DNA of 63,460 nucleotides, counting the filler, from Guillardia theta CCMP2712 (taxonomy: Eukaryota; Protista; Cryptophyta): NCBI RefSeq assembly GCF_000315625.1. It is 5 parts of 5 records of this genome, joined end to end, with 100 filler letters (N's around TTAATTAATTAA, not from the genome) between each part and the next. Parts side by side here need not be neighbours in the genome. Positions count along the whole stretch, not along the records: positions 21,459 to 46,280 come from NW_005434490.1; 4 more parts are not named here. One strand, 5' to 3'. This document shows, piece by piece, positions 24,358 through 43,483 of the stretch. Within the stretch, counting starts at the first letter, position 1. Each line of letters opens with the position of its first letter. A model generated the notes under the pieces. The model saw only the letters and a list, made by a program, of their open reading frames with translations, had not been told where the DNA came from and did no database searches. The position numbers and the translations under genes were made by a program.

Positions 24358-26254
24358 ATTATTATTTTTATTATTTGAGTTTATTAGACTCTTAGTCAAG
24401 AGTTTCATAGCTAAGAACTATTGCTCTTCGCTCATCTCTCGCCTAATGATCCGTCTAAAGGGGTTCCCAACCTTGGGAGGTTGGCCCATTTTCCTATAGG
24501 CCCCTTAGGCCTGGTTGCTTCCGTATTACTTGTTTTCAGTAACGATGTCCTCCGGGCCCGTTCCAATTCCGATCCCGGTCCCCTTCCTTATTTTCGCTAA
24601 GTTCCGTTGCATCTTCCTGCCCCTTCCCCCCCCAGCATGCAGTCGCCCACTGTGGCATGGCTGTACCTTCTCCTGCTGGCTAGCCCTTCTCTTCTTCCCT
24701 TCATGCAGCCCATGACCATGCGCCATGGGTGGCTTGCCCATGAGCCGCGCCTGCCCCCATCGGACTACATCGACTCTCTTACCCTTCTTGCCGTCCATAG
24801 CGTATGTTGTACCGCCAGCAGTTGCTTGATTGCTGCTGTCTTGATGCCTTCCCATTCCGTGTCATCCACCCTTAGCCTCCTGAAATTCTCATGCCATTCC
24901 CTCTCCATGATCGATCCTTTCACTCCTGCTATGAATGTTGCTTGTTCCACTTCATGGTCAGGTAGCAAAGCTGTGATTTCTGCTCGTAGGGGGGCATATT
25001 TCTCTTCCTTTTCCTGAAATTTCTTCTTCAGGCATTCCAGACTTGTTTGTTCGACTCCGTCATATTCCGATGTCCTTGCAAATTCGATGAGGACAATGCG
25101 TTTGATGCTTGCAAAGTAGCAGCAACCGTCTGGTATCCATTGCCCTTCTCGGTGCATTGAAGTCCCCATCGCTTCCATCACGATGCGTATTGGAGTGTCC
25201 CACCATGAATTGACCTGTACCCTTTGTTTCCTCCAGCTCTGCTGCAGTCTTACCTTGATCTTCTTCATGACTTCGTTGTGTGCTTTTTGGATCATATCTT
25301 GGAATTGCCTACACGCAAGCTGAACATGTCCCCAGGTTTCTTCTCGGTCTGGACAGTGAGGACAACATGGTGAGTTAGTTTTCCCCCATTGAAAGAGCTT
25401 CTTCCTCGTCGGTGCTGAGAAGGTGATCGCTTGGATAGCTGTTCGCGTAACTGACCCTTCGCATAATCTGAACGCTCTCCCTAGTAAATCTCTTCCCACA
25501 TGCATTTCGAGCATGAATTTCTCTGTCAAGGTGAGGTCTCCCGCTCGAATCCTTGCCACCATTGTCTGTTGTCTGATAATGTAGTCCCATTTCTTCAAGC
25601 GATCGAATCCTGATGTAGGATTTTCTTCTCCTGCAATGATGAATTCCATTGGGCTATCGTAGATTGCTTTCTCCCATCCCGAGGCGACTGCTTGTTTTCC
25701 TTGCTTTGCCATTTCCTTTGCCTCTTGAATGTGTCTCTGAGATTCTTTTGCTAGTTGGAGTCGGATCCTGATTCCCCTCCCTTCGAGTTTCTTCATGCAA
25801 GTGAGTAACCGATCATGTAAGTCCTCCAGCAGTTCGTCTTCGTATCGCATGGTATCCATTCGCAACGTATTTGTTATAAAGCGGTGGAAACGTGTGGACT
25901 GGTACATTATTGTGACTTGATTTCCCCTTTTGATCTGTATTCCTTCCTCAAGGACATGTTGCAGAAGTAAGCCAATTGCGATTGTGTTCGCTCGAATGAT
26001 GCTGCACTTCCCATTGATTTTCATCCCTCCTCCTGACGTCATCTCTTGTTGTTGGAGAACATATCCTATTCGCATGGATCTGTTTTTTCTGCCCTGCATG
26101 ATGTCTCCTTCAATAGCTGCTGTGAAATGCCTTCCGCCTTGATGATTGCTGCGCGGCTGGATCTGATCCCTTCGTCTGTTACACAGCTCCTCATACGTTG
26201 GGAGGATGTTGTCCTGAAGTTGGTCTCGTAAGTATGTTGGGAGTTTGTGCCCAA
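24358..26254 (-). mobile_element. 5'-truncated RLE-type non-LTR retrotransposon, family B, inserted in telomeric repeats
   Basis: Frame open up to the TTTAG junction; C-terminal Zn finger and RLE; ~400-nt 3' UTR ending TCTAATAAACTCA-(TAA)n-AGGG. Confidence 0.9.
24765..26252 (-). CDS. C-terminal part of Pol-like protein: degenerate RNase H, CxxC-H-C Zn finger, restriction-like endonuclease
   Basis: CPHCPDREETWGHVQLAC; KAHNEV; WIPDG...IVLIEFARTS; EKEEKYAPL; FIAGVKGSI (R2/R4/NeSL/Dualen-type RLE motifs); frame continues upstream of ATG 26099 (GHKLPTYLRDQ...). Confidence 0.85.
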   Translation of the reverse strand, partial: GHKLPTYLRDQLQDNILPTYEELCNRRRDQIQPRSNHQGGRHFTAAIEGDIMQGRKNRSMRIGYVLQQQEMTSGGGMKINGKCSIIRANTIAIGLLLQHVLEEGIQIKRGNQVTIMYQSTRFHRFITNTLRMDTMRYEDELLEDLHDRLLTCMKKLEGRGIRIRLQLAKESQRHIQEAKEMAKQGKQAVASGWEKAIYDSPMEFIIAGEENPTSGFDRLKKWDYIIRQQTMVARIRAGDLTLTEKFMLEMHVGRDLLGRAFRLCEGSVTRTAIQAITFSAPTRKKLFQWGKTNSPCCPHCPDREETWGHVQLACRQFQDMIQKAHNEVMKKIKVRLQQSWRKQRVQVNSWWDTPIRIVMEAMGTSMHREGQWIPDGCCYFASIKRIVLIEFARTSEYDGVEQTSLECLKKKFQEKEEKYAPLRAEITALLPDHEVEQATFIAGVKGSIMEREWHENFRRLRVDDTEWEGIKTAAIKQLLAVQHTLWTARRVRESM

Positions 26255-26298
26255 CTAAACCCTAAACCCTAAACCCTAAACCCTAAACCCTAAACCCT
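26255..26298. repeat. Telomeric tract CTAAA(CCCTAAA)5CCCT
   Basis: Read directly. Confidence 0.97.
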
Positions 26299-29035
26299 AT
26301 TATTATTATTATGATTATTATTATGTGAGTTTATTAGAATGCTAGAATGTTGCTCCGCCTCGTTGTGGGCTTTTGCAATTTGATCCTAGTCTAAAGAGGC
26401 GCTCGAGCACTGGGAGTACACGGCCTACAATGCGAACCCTGCTTCTGAGGCGTCTTTCTACTCTCTACTTCTGCTGTCTTCTCTTGGCTTCCTCAGCCTC
26501 AGTCAGGAGAGTTGCCTCTCCTCACCTTGGCCTTCGGTCACCACCTACTCTACCTCCATTCAGCTTCCTCAGCCTCAGTCAGGAGAGTTGCCTCTCCTCA
26601 CCTTGGCCTTCGGTCGCCACCTACTCCTCCTCCATTCAGCTTCCTCAGCTTCAGTCAGGAGAGTTGCCTCTCCTCACCTTGGCCTTCGGTCGCCTCCTAC
26701 CTTCTCTCCTTACCTTGAGCTCAGCTCAAGCTCGGTACGGGCTCGCCCCGTCTTCTTCCTCGCCCTCGCCTTGCTCTTCCTCCATGTCTTCCTCTTCTTC
26801 GCCATCTTCCCTCATCTCCACCCGCAGTCGGTCCTTCTTGTCCACCTTCAGCGAGCAGGCCAGCACATGCATCTCTGCGAATTTACTCAGTGCTATGAAC
26901 AGGAGGCTAAGAGATCGACGCTCTATGTCGTCGCTCTCCGCCTCCTGCTCAAGCTCAGCAGCTGCCGTTGCCCGTGGCGAGAACGCGCTGCCCCTCCTTG
27001 CCTTCTTGCTCTCTCCTTGCACGCGAGTCCAGCGCTTGCTCTGCAGCCACTTCCCCAGCTTCTCCTTGAGAACGTTGCGCCCAACTCCCTGCTCCTCTGG
27101 CATCTTCGCCCACTCTCCCAGCGACATGAACTCCAGGCTCCCCGGAGAGTAGAAGGTGTCGTGGAGGTTGCCAACGGCCTTGTCCAGGACCAGCTTGATC
27201 GGCTCGCTCGTCCCTGCCTCGTTCAAAGAAGCTGCATCTTCGATGACTGCTGACAGCTCGCTGACGAGCTGCATGTCCTCTTGGCTTGACGGAGATGCTG
27301 CCTCCATTGTGATCCTCTCCAGGTCTGTAAACTCCAGCCACTCTCCCTCGCTCTCCTCCTGTCGCTGCGCTGCGTCGCTGGTGCCCCGCTGACCAGCCGC
27401 CTCAGGCTCCTTGTCGAAGCCGACTGCTTCGAGCTTGGTTGCTGCGCCTTCGAGATAGAAGGGCAGCTCCTTCATCATGCGTCGAGCATCCTCCGTGGAG
27501 CCGAGGAGGATGCATAGCTTGGACCCGTTCCAGGACTTGGTGTTCAAATCCTCCTCCATGTCGATGCCTTCAACGTTGATCTCGAGCCTGTTAGCGATCT
27601 CCAACAAGACTCTCTTGACTCTTGCGATAGACGTGTTGCCGCCGTTGCACAGCCCCTCCATCTCCTTCCTCGTGAAGCGACCAGATGCCGCCGTCGACTT
27701 GATGATGATCTTGATCTCCTTGCCGTCCTTGCCGCCTGCCTTCTTCTGCATCCTTGATGCCTTCTTCAACTTATTTCTGGACACAAAGCGATCAGCTGTC
27801 AACTCGACTGCGAGCGCCTCTCTGATCTTCGGGTCCTCGCTGAACAGAGTCAGGTGTACTCCCTCCATCGCTTCGCTCTCTCGGAAAGCTCGAAATGCTG
27901 TATCATTCGCCTCTGGGCAGCTCGAGGAGACGATCCACTCCACCTCCCTCTGTCTCCAGATGACGTTGGCCCCTACAGCGATGAAGCCTTTCTGACCTAA
28001 GCCTTTGTGGACTTGCTGTCCTGGCGCCCCAGCGACTAGCATGCCTGCCAGCGGCTGGAGTTGGACCGCTGCAAGGGACTGGCGCAGCAGCTGATAGCGA
28101 TAGACGGCAGCTATCTCAGCCGTTGTCATGCCGCCCAAGGTTAGCAGGTGAGTCAGCTCTGCCAAGCTGCCCCCTTTGCCCCAGGGTCCTCTCTTGGCTC
28201 GAATCTTGAAAGATCGATCGTGCACGATGCTCACATGTACAGCTGTGAACTTGCGACCATCGATCGCGAAGTCCTCTCTTCCCTGCCAGAGCTTCTCCGC
28301 TTGTGCATTGCGGAGGAAGGAAACAGTCACCGGGATCTCCTCAGCACTCGCTATCTCGGGTCTATACGGAGCCTTCCACATGATTGCTTTACTCTCTTGC
28401 ACTGAGTCTACGATCAGTCCGATCTCTTCAAATTTCTTCTTCAGCTTTTCTTCATGGTTGACATACACCGAGGAGATGCCCAGGAGAGTCATGGAGATGA
28501 AGGAAGTCACCTCGTTGCCTGCTGAGGCGGTGTATGTCTCGACCTTCTCCTTCTTGGCTTCTTCAATCTGCTGCATAAACCACTCTCTGGATGCGTCACT
28601 CCATCCAGTCATCGCTTCTTGCAGAAGCTCACGTCGTGCCTGCTGACATGTCGAGCGGATGGCTTCTGCGATAGCGTCGGGGGTGCATCCCTCCACAGCC
28701 TTGCAAGCCTGGGCTGTCCTGCTGTTCGGATAACGCTTCGCGAAGCTCTTCACCCTCTCGACGAGATCAGCTTCGAGGACAGAGGCATCCACAAGTCCGC
28801 TCTGCGTGTATTGGCATGATCTCCGATACAGCAGGTTGCGAACATTTTCATCATACTGAAGAACCATACTTAGAAAGCTATTTGAAGTATACAAACCTCT
28901 CGCTTGCAGCTTCCTTGGCGCCCTGGCAGCTTCCCCTACACCACGCGTGCAGCCATGGTGTCTGAAATAACCGGCGCTGTCTGAAATAACCGGCGCTGTC
29001 TGAAATAACCGGCGCTGTCTGAAATAACCGGCGCT
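26299..29035 (-). mobile_element. ORF1-only telomeric element family A, copy A2
   Basis: Nearly identical to A1 (few SNPs, one 6-bp in-frame indel); (TAA)n tail; 4x19-bp monomers at 28960-29035. Confidence 0.85.
26726..28894 (-). CDS. ORF1p-like RRM protein, copy A2 (~722 aa)
   Basis: Intact ORF nearly identical to 22022-24196. Confidence 0.7.
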   Translation of the reverse strand: MYTSNSFLSMVLQYDENVRNLLYRRSCQYTQSGLVDASVLEADLVERVKSFAKRYPNSRTAQACKAVEGCTPDAIAEAIRSTCQQARRELLQEAMTGWSDASREWFMQQIEEAKKEKVETYTASAGNEVTSFISMTLLGISSVYVNHEEKLKKKFEEIGLIVDSVQESKAIMWKAPYRPEIASAEEIPVTVSFLRNAQAEKLWQGREDFAIDGRKFTAVHVSIVHDRSFKIRAKRGPWGKGGSLAELTHLLTLGGMTTAEIAAVYRYQLLRQSLAAVQLQPLAGMLVAGAPGQQVHKGLGQKGFIAVGANVIWRQREVEWIVSSSCPEANDTAFRAFRESEAMEGVHLTLFSEDPKIREALAVELTADRFVSRNKLKKASRMQKKAGGKDGKEIKIIIKSTAASGRFTRKEMEGLCNGGNTSIARVKRVLLEIANRLEINVEGIDMEEDLNTKSWNGSKLCILLGSTEDARRMMKELPFYLEGAATKLEAVGFDKEPEAAGQRGTSDAAQRQEESEGEWLEFTDLERITMEAASPSSQEDMQLVSELSAVIEDAASLNEAGTSEPIKLVLDKAVGNLHDTFYSPGSLEFMSLGEWAKMPEEQGVGRNVLKEKLGKWLQSKRWTRVQGESKKARRGSAFSPRATAAAELEQEAESDDIERRSLSLLFIALSKFAEMHVLACSLKVDKKDRLRVEMREDGEEEEDMEEEQGEGEEEDGASPYRA

Positions 29036-29065
29036 CTAAACCCTAAACCCTAAACCCTAAACCCT
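29036..29065. repeat. Innermost telomeric tract CTAAA(CCCTAAA)3CCCT, fused to virus-like coding DNA
   Basis: Read directly; supplies the GFRV-stop end of ORF 29050-30408. Confidence 0.97.
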
Positions 29066-39748
<10,683 letters not shown>

Positions 39749-39955
39749 TTATAATAAGAGGAAATAATAAAGAAAGATAGATAAAAATAAAAAAAAGAAT
39801 ATAATTTAGTATAATAATGGTAATGATAATGATAAAGGGGTTTTAATAAAAAGGAGGTAGGCGGAGGGTAGGCGGAGGGTAGGCGGGGGGTAGGCGGGGG
39901 TAGGCGGGGAGGTAGGGCGGGTGGGTCTCCTTAAAGAAGAATACGATATGGTGGA

Positions 39956-40055
39956 NNNNNNNNNNNNNNNNNNNNNNNNNNNNNNNNNNNNNNNNNNNNN
40001 NNNNNNNNNNNNNNNNNNNNNNNNNNNNNNNNNNNNNNNNNNNNNNNNNNNNNNN
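39956..40055. other. Scaffold gap (100 N, no linker core)
   Basis: Pure N run flanked on both sides by related G-rich repeats. Confidence 0.85.
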
Positions 40056-40699
40056 CGGGGGGGCCGGGGGTAAAAATCGTGATTTTGAGGATAAATATAT
40101 TTAGACCATCCGGCATGTGGCATATATATATAGCTATGGAAAAATGGAGTTTTCCCCCCCGTCCCCCCCGCCAAATAAATTAAGCATGTAATAGAGCGGA
40201 AAAAATAAAGAAAAGAAAAATTAAGCCGTTATGTGAAATAGGCGGGGGGTAGAGGCGGAGGGGGCGGAGGGTGGCGGCGGGGATAGATTATTTTGTTACT
40301 TAGGGGGTTCGCAAAAACAACGTATTTAATATTTTGCGGTTTCACCTCACATTGATTTTTTTATTACTTATATGATCCTTGAAGGATTCATAATTTTAAT
40401 TAATATTATGTTTTGGCTCTGGCCCACTCCGTGGGTGCGCTCGTTTGTTTTTGGTTATTTTGTGTGATGATCCGCACCAATGCGCAGCTATTATTTCAAT
40501 TGAATAAAATATAATAGGGATTCGGTAAGGAAAATAAAGAGGAATAAATGAATTTTTTGATTAAATATAAAAAGCATTGAAATTTTGTCCGACGGCCATA
40601 AAAAGCATTGAAATTATGGCCTCGACGTCGAGAAACATAAAAATGAGTAAAATTATAGCTTTTGTCTCCTCACGTTTCATACTATATTGTTGATATCCA

Positions 40700-41141
40700 G
40701 GCGAAGAATTTTTTTCGCGAGGCATGCTCCAAGAAGTCGGACGTCAACGGGGGCAGTAAGACCGGTGAGAATTTCAACAAGAAGCTCGTGCAGCTGGAGG
40801 AGCCCAGGCTCATGCTGATCGCTACCAACCGCAAGGAGATCGACATGGGCGATTTCTTCTCGCTGGCCGCGAGGATAAGGTTCTACGAGTCGGCGGTGGA
40901 GGATAGCTGCGTGCCGTTGAATACGCTCGGTGAACAGGCAGGGGTGAGGGAGACGTTCAGGAGCGAGAGCATGTCTGTGGTATCTACGAACTCGACGAGG
41001 TTCTCCCTGGAACACCGGATGGATCATATCCTGATGAAGCCCAGTGGCAAGGGGAAGGATTCGATGGATCTCAACGTCAACCGACATAGCGTTGCCGTTC
41101 CGTATCCTTGTCGGATCAGTCAACCAGGGTGGTTCTCATAG
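40700..41141 (+). CDS. Hypothetical coding fragment
   Basis: GC3-rich open frame starting abruptly after the AT-rich segment; no recognisable domain. Confidence 0.3.
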
Positions 41142-42127
41142 TAGTTTTAGTCAAATTAAAGCGGCAAGAGAAAATTGAGCTAAAAATGTTTGCTCCGTCA
41201 ATTTATGTACCTTTTTCGTTGCCAGGGCTGCCGGGCCATCCAAGACGAGAAGGGCAATGTTGAGCAAAACCTTCCTCTATTTGATATGAATAGGCGTGTA
41301 TAGTTGACTAAATAATCATGAGGTGGCTCGGGGTAGGTATTCAAATGATTTGAATCTTTCCAACGGCCTCCAGCCCGTGTTGAGGGGTAGGGGGTAGTGC
41401 AAACTTCTCGTATCAATCTAAAACACTTGTAAACGACCTCACACTTGCCCCGGTCTCTTCCCTATCCCACTACTCCCAATGTACTCAGGGACTGTTTGCT
41501 CAGCTGCTGAGCGCAGTCAAGGACCATGGCCCCTCAATGTTAACTCCTGAAAGTGCCAGGCAAGTACTGAGATCAAACAGCTCAATTCTTGGCTGAGAAT
41601 CACACCTATAGTAGGTTGAATGTGAAAGGTATGCATCGAAATTTGCACTTGCGTACCAAAGCACTCATCAGCTATAGGTGCTGGTTATTCACTTCCAGAA
41701 GAAGGGAAACATGAAGGGAACCGATCAGAGAAGCAACCTTCGAAGACATAAAGGAAATTCGATTCTCCTTGTTGTGTTGACGCCCTAGCTTCCTTTACCT
41801 GAATGCTTCGTCGGTTGAATATGAAACATATTTCAAGAGACTTCCTGTTGCTTTGCCATGATTGCGTTTTTTGAGGCTTCTCCCAACCTATTGTAATATG
41901 GCGGTGTCATTTGTGAGGAGGTGAGGAGTTTGAGAGGCTGGGGGAAGGAGAGGGGAGGGGTTGGAAGGGAAATGGACGCCTGGGAGGCCAGGCTAGTTGA
42001 TATGCCTGATCGCTGCGAGAGGAGATGCCGGAGGAGAGACTGTTTACTCAAGACCACTAGCGAGGAAGGCAGGAGGGCGAGGAGGACATGAGAGGAGAGG
42101 AAGGAGAAAGCTACGGGTAGAGACGGT

Positions 42128-42795
42128 TTACTTGACAGCACTAATGAGGAAGGGATGCTTCAGAGCCTCCAGTGCCGTAATCCTCGTGCGGGGATCGATG
42201 TCGAGGCAGCAGTTGAGGAAGTCCCAGATCGCATGTTTCTCATCCACCTCCCGCCAGTCCTTGCATCCCGCATGCGCGCCCAGGGAGCTTGACAAGGTCC
42301 GCCATGTTTGCTTGAAACCGCGGGCATAGCTGAGATGCAGTTCCAATGGTGGAATCTGAATGACATCAAGTTAGCAACCTCAGGCCTCCCTCCTCCATAT
42401 CACCCTCATCCTCATCCTCTTGATACAACAACGCCGACGACAACAATTTTACCTTAACGTCGAGCTTGAAATCTTCGATAACATCTCTGATCTTATCTCT
42501 GTACTGACCCGTATACCCATAGTTGTGCTTCCACACAGCATCCATGCTCTTGATGTACATGCGCAAGCTGCTCAGACAGTCAGACAAGTGCACTTCCAAG
42601 GTACACAAAGAGATCTCCATCGTTGCCGTGACTATGTCGTTATGCTGGAACCATTGGAACTGTGTCGTGCGGCACAGCAGGGTAAGCAGTACTACCCCAG
42701 CAGCCCACACGTCCACTGCTGTGGTCTGGCACTGCATGCCCATGAGCACTTCGGGCGCTCGGTATCCCCGAGTTCCCGCGCGGTTGACTGGACGT
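42128..42795 (-). pseudogene. C-lobe of CDC7-like Ser/Thr kinase, interrupted by an LTR element
   Basis: VNRAGTRGYRAPEVLM..QTTAVDVWAAGVVLL and CLDIDPRTRITALEALKHPFL; GT-AG intron 42356-42452; frame ends at LTR edge 42796. Confidence 0.75.
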
Positions 42796-43430
42796 TGTCA
42801 CACCTCGAAGATTCTCGAGTGGACCTTCAAGCGCAGTTCAATAAGAACTCACGTTGGATTTCTCTACTAAGAGGGAAAGCGGTGAAACAGAAGGAGATCT
42901 AACTCTCTTTTATTTCTTTCACACACACACACAAAACAAGACAAGACGATACACACAAAGACGTCTCAACAATCGTGGCACACACACGAAAGGGGAAGAG
43001 GACCACCTAGCTCTGACGAGTTTCATCCTTTTATAGCTTCGAGGAATGAGCCAGGGGTGCCGTCTCTTGGCTACAGAAAGGAGGGGTGTCCTGTTCTTGG
43101 AAGTTGACAAGCATCCCTTCTGACCTTCGAGAGGATACCATGCTCTCTCGCAGGGAAGAGAACCCCGTCCTTGCATGGCAGCAAGCTGCTTCCAACGGGT
43201 CGTACTGCACAAGACGCACCCCTTCTGTTTACCTTGTAAGTCCCCCACGGGTACACGGTTGCTGCAACAAAGGCCTCCACAGGGGTCCTTTCAGCAGCTT
43301 CACACTGGAGTAGAGTATCCTGGGTCATCCAGGAGAAGTCAGCTTCGAACACGAGTACGAGACAGCCAACTGTCCTTTCATCCTGATAGGCCTTTGTCTG
43401 ACTCGGGCTCGGTTCCTATGAGCTCTGACA
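42796..43430 (-). repeat. 3' LTR (~635 bp) of Gypsy element
   Basis: TGTCAGAGCTC...GAGGTGTGACA termini; preceded by purine tract AGAAAGCGCAGAGAAGAGCG (43431-43450); TATAAAAG at ~43030 and AATAAA at ~42912 on the minus strand. Confidence 0.75.
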
Positions 43431-43483
43431 CGCTCTTCTCTGCGCTTTCTTGGAGTGCTCAGGACTCAGAAAACTTCGCTTTC

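Noticed and set aside
21605-29035. Penelope-like (Athena/Coprina) terminal retroelements
   Set aside because: Sense strand is the G-rich telomere strand, tails are (TAA)n, and B has a C-terminal RLE, all unlike endonuclease-less PLEs.
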